64,000 bases of DNA, taken from contig OX597815.1 in assembly GCA_951406725.2 (NCBI GenBank), forward strand, positions 63,488,001 through 63,552,000, given 5' to 3'. The position numbers were made by a program, and so were the translations under genes. The notes under the pieces were generated by a model, which was not told the origin of the DNA, did no database searches, and saw only the letters and a list, made by a program, of their open reading frames with translations. The DNA is from Octopus vulgaris. Lineage: Eukaryota. Positions 1 through 21,037 of this stretch are shown here, in pieces (position 1 is the first letter of the stretch; each line of letters starts with the position of its first letter).

Positions 1-339
1 GTTTTTAAATACCGTAGAAATATAAATGAGGTTGAATTGTTTGGGAATAAGGTTAAAAAGTTAATGGTGCATGTGGAAAAACAAGGTTAAAGTAGTAAAG
101 GGTTGGTTAATTGCTTGGGGAGAAACATGGTGAACGTTTGAGAGAATATAGAATGATCTCAGGTTTACAGCCGAGCAAGGAATTGTAAGGAGTTTTAGCT
201 TAAGGTGAGGTTATATCACTGTTTAGCAGTTTTTGAGTTGATTGTCATTCATTGTCGTGTGTAACGTCACTTCCACTTCCATAGGTATGGACTTCCGCCT
301 GTTGATCGCTAATGATCTCTTAGCATTCTTTTCTTTTCT

Positions 340-480
340 ACTATAGGCACAAGGCCCAAAGTTTTGGGGGAGGGAACCAGTCGATTAGATCGGCCCCAGT
401 GCACAACTAGTACTTATTTATCGACCCCGAAAGGATAAAATGCAAAGTCGACCTCAGCGGAATTTGAACTCAGAACGTAA
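340..480 (-). mobile_element. SINE family B fragment (tRNA-like head GAGTTCAAATTC)
   Basis: Reverse complement of the repeat at 61292-61659 (ctgagttcaaattccgccgaggtcgactttgc...cctttcggggtcgataaa). Confidence 0.7.
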
Positions 481-1076
481 ACAATGATCTTTTAGTATTT
501 TGGCAGCAATGGGTTTGCATGTAAGTGTGGCTTTCATTAATTTCTTTGCAACGCGTGGAGTTGTGTTACCTTATACTTAGAACAATTTTATGATGATATA
601 TTTGTTTTACCAATTTTAAATGTTTGTAGACGTTAAGCGTATATGTTAATGTTGTTTATTCTATAATTTCAGTGTCGTTTAAGTTGTTACCAAATAACAG
701 GAACACTATGTCGTTTAATTAGTCCTGGATTATTCAGCCCCTTTGTAGTTGGGACGTTTAACTTATGCCTTAATCTGTTTCAGTATGGTAGTTTTTGCCA
801 TGCCTATATTATTTTATATTATATATTTTATACATAATATTCTTGTAATTCAATTCTATTTTTATTTCAATTTATTTTACTTTCATTTTACTTTTAATTA
901 GTAATTTATTCAGTTAATTTATTTTATAAACTGAACATATAAATTTAATAGATATTGATCTATGCTTGTATTTTTCCCTGTACATCGTTTGAAAACGTTG
1001 ATTGAAGGGTGTAATGTTCCGCTAGTTTATATTTCATGCTTTTGGTGTGGTTTCATGTTTCATATATTCTTTTGTT

Positions 1077-1472
1077 CTTTTACTTGTTTTAGTCATTAGA
1101 TTGCGGCCATACTGGAGCACCGCATTGAAGGGTTTTTTAGCAGAATAAATCGACACCCCAGCACTTATTTCTTAAGCTTGGTACTTATTTCATCGGTCTC
1201 TTTTGCCGAACCCCTAGGTTACATGGACGTAAACACACCAGCATCAGTTGTCAAACGGTGTGGGGGATAAATGCATACACACACACACACATATATATGC
1301 ATATACACGACGGGATTCTTTCAGTTTCCATCAACCAAATCAACTCATAAGGCTTTGATCGGCCCGAGGCTATAGTAGAAGACACTTGCCCAAGGTTCCC
1401 CGCAGTGGAACGGAACGTGAAACCATGTGGTTGGGAAGCAAGCCTATTACCACACAGCCACGCCTGCGCCTA
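1077..1472 (-). mobile_element. SINE family A (tRNA-derived, ~400 bp)
   Basis: Diverged reverse complement of 29528-29953; A-box-like TGGCTGTGTGG, internal microsatellite, gactaaaacaagtaaaag tail. Confidence 0.85.
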
Positions 1473-1599
1473 TGATATGATATAAATTCAGGAAAAACAT
1501 ATCAAGTATATAGTGAGAATTTACAAAAAAAAAGAAAAAAAAAAAGACGAATACGTGCGTAAATAGCAAACAGGTATATTAGTTTAACAATCGGTTAGT

Positions 1600-1635
1600 C
1601 TTTTACGTTTCGAGCCTACGCTCTTCGACAGAAAG
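1600..1635 (-). ncRNA. Minimal hammerhead-like motif, variant core (Penelope pLTR-type)
   Basis: Minus strand CTTT-CTGTCGA-A-GAGC-gtag-GCTC-GAAAC-GTA-AAAG: stems I and II pair, palindromic ACGT stem III, core CUGUCGA instead of CUGANGA. Confidence 0.5.
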
Positions 1636-1896
1636 GTACTCAGAAATAAACTGGGAGAGAAAATAGAAAAAGGTTTAGTAGCTAGCAATCTATCATGGAG
1701 AATCTAGTAGTCTATGATCATTATGTAATTTATGTGTTTTAAATTCTGGGTTTACTGTTCTTTGTGTTGGTCTATCATGTTAGGTATTGGTTATTGAATA
1801 AGTTTTAAAACTCAATAAGTTTAGTTCTATTTTGTACTCTAATTTAAGAATCTCAATTTCTTTAAAGATATTGTTTTGTGACAACTATTTAATATT

Positions 1897-2037
1897 AGTT
1901 TCAAATTTGGCACAAGGCCAGCAATTTCAGGGGGAGTGGGTAAGTCGATTAGATCGATCCCAGTGCTCAACTGGAACTTATCGACTCCGAAAGGATGAAA
2001 AACAAAGTCGACTGCGGCGGAATTTGAACTCAGAACT
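1897..2037 (-). mobile_element. SINE family B fragment
   Basis: aaagtcgactgcggcggaatttgaactcagaac matches family B reverse complement. Confidence 0.7.
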
Positions 2038-2919
2038 ATAAGTTGATAATAATTCATTTAGTTTAATGTTGTTCCTTGTAGTAATAAACAGATGTTGATG
2101 TAATAGACATACTAACCTAATACCGCGTTTCTCCTGTTTCCTAGCGATTCCCAGGCAACGTTTGTATTTTTAACGCTGGTGAAACCACCGTACTGAATGC
2201 AACTGCCCAGGTGTGGAAACTATCCCTGATATCCGTTAGGCAGGTAAAGATGAGAATGCATCATTGATATGCTTGTTGTTTGTGAACTTTTTTTATATCT
2301 TAAGATCTCGTTATTCTGAGTTGTCTTCCATTCCTGTAAAGTGGAAAGTATTCGTGAATACGTGATTTGTAGAATTTACTTCTACAAATTGGTTGATTTA
2401 CTTCATAGTTAAATTTTATTAGGCTTAGATAGTGTTTAGATAATAGTCTAGCTTTGGGAGGCTCTGAGGTATATATATATATATATATATATATGTTGTG
2501 CAAGAGGTTGAAATCTTGTCCACACATAGAACAGATGCAACAATCAGACAAATTACGGAAGCTACACACATAATAGAAGATAAACCTAGCCTGAATAGGA
2601 AACTGGAATGGAACACTAGCACACACCACAACTATGACAGAAGAGGATCCCTATAAACTGGTTACAATATAAACAAAACCGAAAACATAATAAATAAAAT
2701 ACACAGATAAATAAACAAATAGAAATAAATAACTATATAGGTTTTTTATCATTTTCTTTTTAATTAAAAACATTTTTTTTTAATGTTTTATTATTATTAT
2801 TATCATTATTATTATTATTATTATTATTTTTATTATTTTTATTGTTATTATTATTATTACTAGTATTGTTGTTATACATACATACATACATACAAGCATA
2901 CGTAATAATAATAATAATG

Positions 2920-3007
<88 letters not shown>

Positions 3008-3243
3008 GTGGATGTAAACATGAACAAAATAAAAAATAAGAATAAACAAAAACAAATTACACGAGCGTATATAAACAGAAAATACAAATATTACAGGCAT
3101 CCCCACACACACACATACACACTACTAAACATAGACACACATAGAGATACACGCATGCGCAAATGAAGACACATACAATAGAATTACAAAATGGCTGACG
3201 GTTAGTAAGGAGATACACAAATAAGAAAGAAGAAAGCAAAGGA

Positions 3244-3283
3244 CCACTGATGCGGTCACAGGAGTGTGACGAAAGAACTCTGG
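3244..3283 (+). ncRNA. Degenerate hammerhead-like motif
   Basis: CCA-CTGATGC-G-GTCAC-aggagt-GTGAC-GAAA-gaac-TC-TGG; stems I and II pair, A9 replaced by C. Confidence 0.4.
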
Positions 3284-3404
3284 CCGAAATAAAATTAAGA
3301 TTAATGTAAAAAATAAATAGCACTGAAGCAAAGTAACACCAAATATATAGTGCGATTGTTTTTATTGCCTAAACTGGCAAAATGACCATTCCGAAATACA
3401 ACAC

Positions 3405-3438
<34 letters not shown>

Positions 3439-3649
3439 TGTATGTATGTATGTATGTACACGTGCTCGCTAATATTGAACAGTGAGAATGTGCACTCAAA
3501 ACTCATTGGTGATTAAATATTCTTTATTTGTTAACCCACGAATAAAGTGTGTGTGTGTGTGTGTTTGTGTGTGTAAAAACCTCAGATTAGATATTATGGA
3601 ATAACTGAATGCTCTTGAAAGGTTTTAGGGTAACAACTATAACCGTGTA

Positions 3650-3800
3650 CATTAATTACATTATTTACATTTGACGGATATTTGTCCTCATTTTGTTTGT
3701 AGTTAACACAGCGTTTCGGCTGACATACACTCCAGCCTTCATCAGATGTCTTGGGGAAATTTCGAACCTGGGTTCTCATTCCTAAGGTATTTTTCGATGT
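3650..3800 (-). mobile_element. Penelope-like pLTR fragment with hammerhead motif (left arm of inverted pair with 11566-11725)
   Basis: Reverse complement of 11566-11725; minus strand ACAT-CTGATGA-A-GGCTG...CAGCC-GAAAC-gct-GTGT at 3706-3749. Confidence 0.6.
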
Positions 3801-3807
3801 TGCTGTT

Positions 3808-3810
3808 GTA

Positions 3811-3867
<57 letters not shown>

Positions 3868-3924
3868 GTTGTTGTTGTTGTTGTTGTTGTTGATGTTGAT
3901 GTTGTTGTTATTATTATTATTATT
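3808..3924. repeat. (ATT)n/(GTT)n microsatellite
   Basis: Direct inspection. Confidence 0.95.
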
Positions 3925-10488
<6,564 letters not shown>

Positions 10489-11391
10489 CATGGCTTTTGA
10501 TCTTAACTGATTGGAAGTGTTATCATGTACATTGTTTTGTCTTGGTATTAAAGATGGGCTACAGCAAATATTCTGCTCAATACCACAGATTTGCTTGTCA
10601 GTTGTTTGACCTTAACCAGTTGAGCATGTCCCTTAGTGGCTGACGATATGTGCATCTCTGATCACGAGCAGAAGTAGTGGGGGAGCATCATAGCCATGTG
10701 TTGAGAGGGATTCTTTGGGGTTTGAATAATTCACCTCTGGAAACATGGGTGGTTCTTTCAACATCCTTAAACAACCCTTTGAGCGGGATGGGCTACTCAG
10801 CCTGAAGAAAATTCTAACTGGGCCCCACCTGCAAGGTCATGTGCTGTTTATCTTGATATGAGATCACCATGTCGCGCACATGTGGTTGTGATCATGGCTT
10901 CTGATCTTAACTGATTGGAAGTGTTATCATGTACATTGTGTTGTCTTGGTATAAAAGATGGAGTACAGCAAATATTCTGCTTAATACCACAGATTTGGGA
11001 TAAGGTCAGTTGTTTGACCTTAACCAGTTGAGCATGTTCCTAAGTGGCTGACCACGAGCAGAATTAGTGGGGGAGCATGATAGCCACGTGTTGAGAGGAA
11101 TTCTCTGGGGTTTGAATAATTCACCTCTGGAAACATGGGTGTTTCGTTCAACATCCTTAAACAATCCATATTCTGGGCGGAATGGGCTACTCGACCAGAA
11201 AAAAATTCTAACTGGGCCCCACCTGCAAGGCCATATACTGTTTATCTTGATATGAGATCACCATGTCGCGCACATATGGTTGTGATGCATGTGCCTAGTG
11301 TACCCTTATCAGACAGGTAGTCATGATGTGTATACTGGACATCGTATATTTTACCCGTGTCACTTTGATGGCATGCACTGCTCTCTCACTC
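10489..11391 (+). mobile_element. Non-coding (AAT)n-tailed retroposon with internal ~400-bp tandem duplication
   Basis: 10489-10892 is repeated at 10893-11286; ends ...cactgctctctcactc-AATAAT; inverted copy at 61675-61966. Confidence 0.7.
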
Positions 11392-11421
11392 AATAATAAT
11401 AATGATAATAACAACAACAAC

Positions 11422-11725
<304 letters not shown>

Positions 11726-12430
11726 TTCCTCATCACTTAAATATAGATCTGTATTAAGTATAACAGTGGTTGGAAAATAGCAGGTGGTGAATCATAGATT
11801 AATGTAAATAAATTGTACATAAGAACATATTTGTATGTATAAAAAAGATGGCAGTCATATTTAAATTTTCTGAATATGCATCTGTTTGAAGTATGAATCA
11901 GCCATTTGAAGGCCAATTAATGGATTTGTCTACAGTTAGAAAGCATCCCTTTTTATTTAATCCATAGAAGTCTTGAAGTATAATAATTTCTTTCTTAAGA
12001 AGAGTTTGCTGCTAAAATTTGAAAGAAAACTGACATGAATTGACAAGCCAAAACATTCACCAAGGCATTTTATGTTACCAATCCAATTTCTTTTAGAAAC
12101 TGTATATACTTGGTAAGACTTGTGGAAAACCTTCTACCAGATTTTTTTCAATGTATGATTAAAATTACACACATATATAGAAACATACAAAGGCATTTTC
12201 AAATATATCCACATATATACAAACACATTTACATGCTTACTTATAGAAGGTGTATAAACCTAATCGATATACCAAACAACCTATAAGTTAAAAATCTCAG
12301 TACTTGGTCGACCTATCATGCTGATATCTTTATTGTGTAACTGATTTTGTTGCAGAATGTGATTTACTGTAAAGCATGATGAGATGCACTAAATGATTAC
12401 CAAATAACATTGTAGTTGTTCTTTTTATTG

Positions 12431-12557
12431 TTATTGCAGGCTTCTCGCGAAGATGATGGGTGGCGGTAATCTTCCAAGGGGAGATTTTTTTGCTTTTTCT
12501 TTATTTGTTGGTCTTGGAGGAAGAGACAGCATCGCTAGCATTCGCAAGCCCTTGAAC
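12431..12557 (-). other. Possible terminal exon (FKGLRMLAMLSLPPRPTNKEKAKKSPLGRLPPPIIFARSLQ*)
   Basis: Pyrimidine-rich acceptor ttctcttcttattAG, open frame to TAA, AATAAA immediately after; no recognised homology. Confidence 0.25.
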
Positions 12558-13121
12558 CTAATAAGAAGAGAAGTTGAACCCAACGTGATAAGAAGTGGGG
12601 TGAGTAAGTTGGGACTGTCTGAATTTGGGTGGTTGAGACTAGCCTGCTCAAATAGTAGCGTTATAGGCCGTTATAGTACGGCAGAAATGTAAAGAGAGGA
12701 CACAGCAGGCCTATAGGTTAGTAGGTGTTTTATAGCTGTCGTTTTTTAGACCATAGGAATGTTCTAATCAAGCAAATTGGTAATCACAAGTGTTTCATAT
12801 TTGACCATCTTTTTTTCTAAAGTTACTGTCTCTGTGGTCACCCATCGTTTTTTTTTCTTTTTTCTTAAGTCAGCAAGATATCATATAAAAGTGATTCGGC
12901 TGCTCCCTCTGTGAGTGTAAAATTTCGCCATTTGTAGGAGAGGATGCCAATAAGGAGCGCAACCACAATAGCCAGCTGTGATTTTTTATTTTACCAAAAT
13001 CAAAGGCCGATCTCAAAGCGCTGAACCTTATCAAGGAGATGACAGAGGACCGAGATATGTGGTGCATTTCTCTATTAGAGAAGACCCGTTCACCACATAA
13101 GAATTGAGATTCTAAAACCAA

Positions 13122-13400
13122 CGTGCCACGTAAAAAAGTATTTGTGTTATGCTGCTGCCACGTAAAAAGCACTGGTGGTAGTGTCACTCAAAAAGCACTG
13201 GTGGTAGTGTCACTCAAAAAGTACTGGTGCTGGTTGCCACGAAAAATGCACCCACTACACTCTGTGGAGTGGTTGGCGTTAAGAACATCATTTAGCTATA
13301 GAAACCAAGGCAAAATAGTCTAAAGAACCTGGTGTGATCCCTGGCCTTACCAGTCCAGCCCATGCCAGTATGGAAAAGAGACATTAAATGTTGTTGTTGA
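13122..13400 (+). mobile_element. SINE-like repeat with internal ~26-bp tandem units
   Basis: (aaaaagcactggtggtagtgtcactc)x2-3, then ccagcccatgccagtatggaaaa...aaatg(ttg)n tail. Confidence 0.5.
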
Positions 13401-14589
13401 TAAGGAAGGTTTAGAAATGAATGCAAACACATCATCATTTTTCCAGAATGGTATGAAAGTACGATTTTACCACAAATATATTCCTGAATCGTTGTTCCTA
13501 AAGTATTGCCGTATTAACGGATTTACTGAACCAACAAAGAGATCAATTAATAATAATTTAGCAATTACTCTCTGACAACCTAATTCCTTCTGCATTTATC
13601 ATGTATCGAGGCAGCAGCACCAAATGTACAGCAATGGTGTAGTAAACAACATCAACAATAGCAACATGCTGCTGCGGGAAATAGAGTCGTAACTCTGCTT
13701 ATTTACAGGGATGGCGTAAGAATTGGTAAGTTAAATCTTTGTTTGTAGAAGTTAGGAGAGGAAAGGCGTTTGTGACTTCTATTCTTCCTGTAAGACTGAT
13801 GGTATTGATAAGTGTTGATTCTGAACACTTATAACATGGTATCTGAAGAAAAGAAAATTAACAGAGAGAGGTGTATGGAGAGAATTCTAGAAGATTAAAG
13901 TTCCAAGGTAGAAATTTGGACGAAATACTTCAGAATCTGAGAAGCGAGACAAGATGAGAGTGAAGGGGAAATATAAAGAGAAACATGTTTAGTTGGTGAA
14001 AGGGAATAGAAGTAGAAAGATGAGTATATTTGGGTCGTACTTTGTGTGTGTGTGTGTTTGTACAGCATTGCTCTGAAATTTGAACTCCCGGAATATCATT
14101 GAGTTCTTTGTATGCCGAAATACATTCGTTATATCTACAAATTATATAAACACTTAGTGAAACCACAGATTAATCAATGGAATAATTGTCCCAGTTTCAG
14201 CGACTGTATTTGAAGCACTCCCTGCCCTTATTGTCTTGGTGCCATTTTTTGTCAATGTAGCTTTCTTCGGCAGTAAACTTTACCTTTTCCTCTCTTTATA
14301 AACTTTAAACGAGAGTGATCACTTGCAATGTCTTCCTCCATACTTTCGACGTTCATATTCAGTCTTTATTTCTCTCCTGCCGACACCTTTCAAGCGATGA
14401 TAGCTGTCAAACTAGTGTTTCTTGCTAGATGCCTGTTCCCAATACGGCGGATCTTTCGACAGTATTGTACGTAGCCCAATCAACGGAGATGTCTTTTCGA
14501 GCAGAGTGAAGACGCTGAATATCTGGGCGTGAGAAGAACATCATTGATTGTGACTCGCTCAGTCTACTTCATGTCGAGGCTGTGCCACC

Positions 14590-14897
14590 GTGGAGGCACA
14601 TTGCCTTGCGGTTGGAGCAGCGGAATCGCGGTCGAGGGGTCGCGGGTTCGAATCTCAGACCGGGTGATGTGTGTGTTTATGAGCGAAATACCTAAGCTCC
14701 ACGAGGCTCCGGCAGAAGGTAATGGCGAACTTCTGCTGACTCTTTCGCCACAATTTTCTCTCACTCTTTCTTCCTGCATCTTGCAGCTCACCTGCGACGG
14801 ACCGACGTCCTGTGTAGGTGGGGAACCTGTACGTCAAGGAAACCGGGAAACCGGCCCTTATGAGCCATGCATGGCCCGAGAAGGAAGAAACAACAAA
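14590..14897 (+). mobile_element. tRNA-derived SINE (family C)
   Basis: B-box GGTTCGAATC near 14645, GC-rich head, short (aac) tail. Confidence 0.55.
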
Positions 14898-15815
14898 GAA
14901 ACATGTGCCACCGGGTATGAAAAAGGAAGGTGTTGAGGCACCTCCTATATCTGAAGTAGAATCTCCAATTTACGCTGCTGTAAATCTGCTAAGGACACAG
15001 AATCTGTTGACTGCTGACTTGATATGAATCAGCCACTTCTTTTTAGACCAGATATTCTTAGACAACCCAGAGAGAGTTGTGGCGGCTCTTTTAGATAGTT
15101 CTGTTGATATTAAAATTTAGAGAGAGGATATACATGTTGAAGGATACACATATATACACATAGATATATATGCACACACACATGCATATGTATTCATATA
15201 TAAACCATTCCGATGTGCGTGCACAAATATATACATACACATACATACATGCATATATAATAATACATTTGCATGCCCACGTACGTACACACAAAAGCAT
15301 ATATCTAAACATACATAAATCATTGATACGCACGCAGATACACACACAAACATACACACATACACACACATACATACACACACACGTACACACACGTACA
15401 CACACACACACATATATATATATAATTATATTTAGATGTGCACGAACACACACACAAATATATATACACACACTCACACAGACACACACACACACACACA
15501 TATATATACACACATATATAAACACATTTAGATGTACGCGAACACACACACTACAAGCATGCATCTATATATTACACGCATTTAGATGAACATATAAACA
15601 TTCAGGCAGACGCATAGATATGCATATTTAAACACGTTCATATACACATAGCCACACACGTAAATGTATATGTGTGTATGTCTGTGTGTGTGTGCGTATA
15701 CATGTGCGCGTACACGCGTGTGTGTATAGACACACACATATATAAGAACATTTATTTACACATTTACAACACATACAAACATACATGTGCACGTAAGTGT
15801 GTGTGTGTATATGTG

Positions 15816-15854
<39 letters not shown>

Positions 15855-16019
15855 GCGTGTGCGTTGTGTCTCTGTCTGCATTTAGAATCTGTTTAAATAA
15901 TTTATCGCTCAAGAGTGAGTTTTATTTAATTAGCGCGTCTCGTTAGCTACGCCCAGAGTGGTTAAATTCTTCTAGCAGACACGGTGCCATGCTGCCATAA
16001 TGCCAACGTCCTTACAAAC

Positions 16020-16670
16020 GCACCACCGACGTACACTGCCATTAATTGCCGCCGCCGCCACCACCACCACCACCGTCGCCACCACTACAACTGCCGCCAC
16101 CCCCAGCACCATCGCTATTGCCACAACCAACAACAACAACTGTGCAAGTATATATAATAGCTGCGTCCACAACACGTCACTACCACCACCACCACCACCA
16201 CTACCACCACTACCCCCCACTACCACCACTACCCCCCACTACCACCACTACCCCCCCCACTAAGCATACTACAAAACTACCACCGCTGTCGCCTCTAGTA
16301 CAAAAACCACTGTCTTTACCAATACCACCGCCATCACCACCGTCACCGCCATCATTAAGAATACTAACAAACCACTACTGCCGTTTCAAACCACACCACC
16401 ACCACCACAGCCTCTACCGACACCACTATTATCACCAGTACCATCGCCATCACCATTGCCACTGCCACCACAACCAGCACCATCACAGTCTGTGCCAATA
16501 CCACTACCTCATCGACAGTCATCATCTCTACATTACACCACACTCCCACCACCACTGCAATCACCATTAGCATTACATCAACAACAATCACCACCACAAC
16601 CATTAACATTAAGTACTACCTTCACTTCTACCACTGCCCTCACCATCATCACCACCACTACCACCAGTAC
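16020..16670. repeat. Degenerate (CCA/CAC)n low-complexity tract
   Basis: Direct inspection; source of the poly-P/T/H ORFs. Confidence 0.85.
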
Positions 16671-17149
16671 TGTCAACAAGGAAGTGTCTTCGTGGTCAGT
16701 TAACTTGCTAGAAATAGCAGTCAGTCTTCCTGAAATCACAGTATTGTCTTCGAAATCGACCCGTTGTATAGCGCTCTCCTGAGTTACTTGTAGATGGGAT
16801 AGAGACAGGATGGTCACGGCTGAAATTCTGTTGGTAAGGAGTCTGCTGACCTGGAGCTAAACACCAACGAACAATAACAATAAGAACAACATTTTCATTG
16901 GAACAGCCGTCCTACCCGCTAGACCTTAGTTTAAGTCACATGACTCGTGGACATCGACATCTATTGGAAAGCTAATTCACCTCCAGGCTATTCTACATGG
17001 CACTGCGAGAGCCAACCCTGAGACAGTGTATAATTTCTGCTTCTTGCACAAGTTCACAGACATACGTCACACGGGTATTACCAACAAGCATGAATATCTC
17101 CGACCAACTGGAGAGAAAACACAGTGGCAGATTGATCTGATCGATGAAG

Positions 17150-18260
17150 GCATTAGCTTGTGAGTTTTAGCTGTCTTTGCTTCATTCTCTGGCTGAGAAG
17201 AGGTAAAGATCCATAAGTGACATGCTTGCTATATGCTTGGCATAAGAGATGATAAAGGCTTCCGCAGAAGTCGATTGATTGTGCTGTCTGATGATTGGTG
17301 TTTGGCTGCCATAAAAGACTAACCATCAGAGTCATAGAGCAGAACAGATTCTATTGTAGCACGAAACAGGCGTTGTGTTAGGTCGTATGATAGTTGTGAA
17401 GCTTTCCAAATTTTCTATAGCCTGTCGGATGCTAACCTTTTAATCGCTTTATAAATGTTAGCATCTGTACTGATAGAGTGTGTACGGCAGCCGAGGTAGC
17501 AGAAATGGGCAACTGATTTAATGGGTATTTTCACCGATGAATTATTTGTCTTTGTCATCGACCGATTTATTGAAAGGCCAGCTTCAATGGCAGCCGATTC
17601 CAGGTTTGTGAGAAGAGTTTGAGTATTTATGATTGTATGTGAGGCGAGTGTGATGTCATCTGCGAAGTCGAGGTCAGTGAGGTACGATGCTGGATGATGT
17701 AAACCTCGGTGAGGATGGGGAGTTATGCCTACCTCAAATGCCATAGCATCTATACTAGAGCATGCATTGGCTAGGAAACGAATTAAGGTGGCGCCTAGGG
17801 GACCTCCTGTATTGCCTACGAATGTGTCGGTGTGTCCGCCAGGGTGCATAGGAAATTTGTGCACTCTGCATTGATAAAGCTGAGAGCCTTTAAAACTTCA
17901 GATAGAAAGAATCTAAAACATTCGCTCTTGGTGGACTGAGTCAAAAGCTTTGGTGAAATCCACAAAGTCGGCGCACAAAGTGCTATCTTTCTCTGCTGAA
18001 TTGAATTCAATGAGTCAGTGAAGAGTTAAAATAGATTCAAGGATGGAGCAGCCTTTGCGAAAGCTATTTTGGTTTGATCTGAGCATGATACGGTCGAAGA
18101 GTCCGGCTGAGAATAACATCATTATTATAATAACATCAATACGTGCCGTATTCTGACAGATCTTTATGCGGAACAGGAATGATGTGTCTCAGCTTGTATT
18201 CCAATGGAGCTTGACAGGTGATGTAAGGAGAATTTAGAATAGAACTTCTACATGTTAGAT
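17150..18260 (-). mobile_element. Decayed LINE reverse transcriptase remnant (RTE-like)
   Basis: YLTDLDFADDITL, GLSIN..KT, FCYLG, and FVDFTKAFDSV in a neighbouring frame. Confidence 0.75.
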
Positions 18261-19365
18261 ATAGCAGCCAAATGCGTCTTTAACTACTGTGTTAAGAAGG
18301 ACTCGTTACAGAGTGTAACTCCTGACATACAAAAAAGTGGGTTGGTCATGGCTGGGAATACTTTGATCGTGTGACTGCTTGCCTGAGAAGGCCTAGGGCT
18401 AAACAAACATAATACTAACAAAATCCCCCAACGTCATCGTTATCATGTCTACAATAGGGAGTTCAACTTACTAAAAATAGCAACCTTCGCGTCACACCCT
18501 GCTAGCTTAAAAGAGCAAAGATACATTGCATATGATAGTTTTAGGTACAGGGTGCTTGGGGTGGAGAGAAAGGCGTTGGTCACGAGTGGGACGCCTATAA
18601 TTAACTGCCAATACTATTACTAATTTCAGCGGCTTTAATCTACTAGAAACAGCAGCTAAATTTTTCTCCAATTCAATTCTACAATCATTATAGAATGAAG
18701 GATGTGTGAATAACATAGTCCTAGATAGACTACAGACACTTATGGATTGTCTTTGAAAATAGGTCGACTTTTTCAGTTTTGACCTGACGCTACACAACAA
18801 CGGCAACCATCACCAGCACACATGGCGGCGACAATAATAAGCGTGGTGGTGGTGGTGGTGATATGGGGATGATAGGGATGGTGATGGTAGTGAAATGATG
18901 ATGGTGATACTGCGATGGAGGGAGTCCAGGGAATGATAATGATGATGATGATAGCGATGTTGATGATGATGATGATGATGATAGCAATAATGATAAAGGC
19001 GACGACTATGATTATGATCATTACAAGGATGTTGATGGGGATGGGAGGAGGAGGAGAAGGGGAATAAGAAAAACGAGGAGGAGGTGGAGGAGGAGGAGAT
19101 GAAGACGAAGACGATGATGATAGGGTGGAGGAGGAAGCAGATAAATTTACGCGATTGTAGAGAGAGAGTGAGAAGTGTCAGTTTCGGTAAACGCACCCGA
19201 TCCACAGCAGATCTATAACTCGAGCCCTAACCTAATCCTGGAGGCTACAAAATTAATTAATAACTTTGTGAGTAATTTATTAATTAGTAGTCTGCTAAAA
19301 TAGTTGATATCTTGATCATTACTCTCTGAGATCTTGTCTTACAGTAGCTTTATTATTATTATTAC

Positions 19366-19438
<73 letters not shown>

Positions 19439-19987
19439 ATTATTATTATTGAGTGTGAGAGCAAGGCTTATAATTATTGTTATTATTATCATTGTTGTTG
19501 CTGTTGTTATGTCCTTGGGCAAGACTCATTACTATATACTTGCCTTAACGTTTCATATTTAATTATAAAATCTATTATGGCTCTTTTTGTCATGTCAAGT
19601 CCTCGGTTCACTCGAACCAGCATTCGGGTCTTGATCTTGTCTTCGAACTACTTCACATATTGTAGAAAATATCTTTAGGAACTCCATGAAATATTGTTGT
19701 TATCCATTTCTTCGTCTTACATTATGAAACCCCTAACCATATGTGGAGAAAACATTCTGTTAATTTTCAGAAAAATAATAAAACCATTACCGTCACTCGC
19801 GAGCGAGTGTAACTCAGTAATGTGTCCCATGCTTTAGGTAATTGTTTTAGGTATCTATGTAGTCCCGAGCAGATATAGACACCCTCGTAAGCCTCTCACC
19901 CTTGACCTTGTAGAATATGGAGGATAAGACAGCTGGTGAGAGAGGCAGGGCTGTACCAGCAGTTGTAGCAGGGTGATAAAAATACGA

Positions 19988-20127
19988 GTTTCTAACATAG
20001 GCACAAGATCTGAAATTTAGTGGGATTGAGGTTAATTATTACGATCACAGGACTTGAGTAACAATTTATTTTATCGTCTCTCGGAAGATCAGAGGTGCAG
20101 TTGACCATGGCAAAATTTGAACTCTGA
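19988..20127 (-). mobile_element. SINE family B fragment (old)
   Basis: Diverged match ending aaatttgaactctgaa. Confidence 0.5.
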
Positions 20128-20189
20128 AAGTAAACTACCTCTAACGCTTCTATCAATATACGAAGCAAAAATTATGAAAGGAAATATTA

Positions 20190-20224
<35 letters not shown>

Positions 20225-20870
20225 ATAATGCTACTAATAGTTTCATGCTTGCAAAAAGAAAGGTGGTTTGAAAAGAATTACTTCGATTATGTTAGGCAAA
20301 TTCAAGAGACGCAATGCAAACCACTTGTCTTCTTTCCGGTACTTCGATAAAAGTAATGCAACTAAGTTGGCTAGCCCCGTTTGGAATTTAAAGAGCAGCT
20401 TATAAACCACATAAAATTAAGTGGAGAATAGTGGAGAAACCCAAGACATATGTTAATGGATCTAAGAAATGCAACTTACGCGTAGCAGAAATATCTCATA
20501 TTCTTCTTCGATCCAACAATTCCAACACACTGCTTAATTCGGGATCTTAAATTTTTAGCAGGTGTAGACACATGGACAGGTTTCTTTTATCGAACTGGAG
20601 GGGACCAACCGCTCCGGATTGAGTTGCAATCTCACAGACTTTGGCATATTTTCTGTTATTTTTTTAAAAAACCATTTGTATTTAATGATCTTTCTGTAAT
20701 CAAGGAGGATGAGAATCTTAGTTATCTAGACTTCGTTTCTTTTTTAGTCGTTCCATTTTTTGCACCAACATTCTTCACGGATTTTTCCAAGTTTGTTCCT
20801 TATTTTCTTACTGTCCATCGTCGTTGTTTTCAAAATATATATAACTCATAAACAGAGCGTTAAAGATTAC

Positions 20871-21019
20871 TTGAAGGCATGGCCTTTTTTTATAAATATG
20901 CCTGTTCAAGTCTTGTAATAGCATGAAGCTATTTGTAGCTCTTTTGGTTGTGTATTTAGATTGATATTTATCTCTCACTGAATGGAGTATTTCTTTTGCT
21001 GATTCTACCTCTATTGGAT
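20871..21019 (-). other. Possible 149-nt internal exon (PIEVESAKEILHSVRDKYQSKY...RPCLQ)
   Basis: AG|ATCC...CAA|GTAAT boundaries, open in one frame, unique sequence. Confidence 0.25.
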
Positions 21020-21037
21020 CTTTAAACAATACATACA

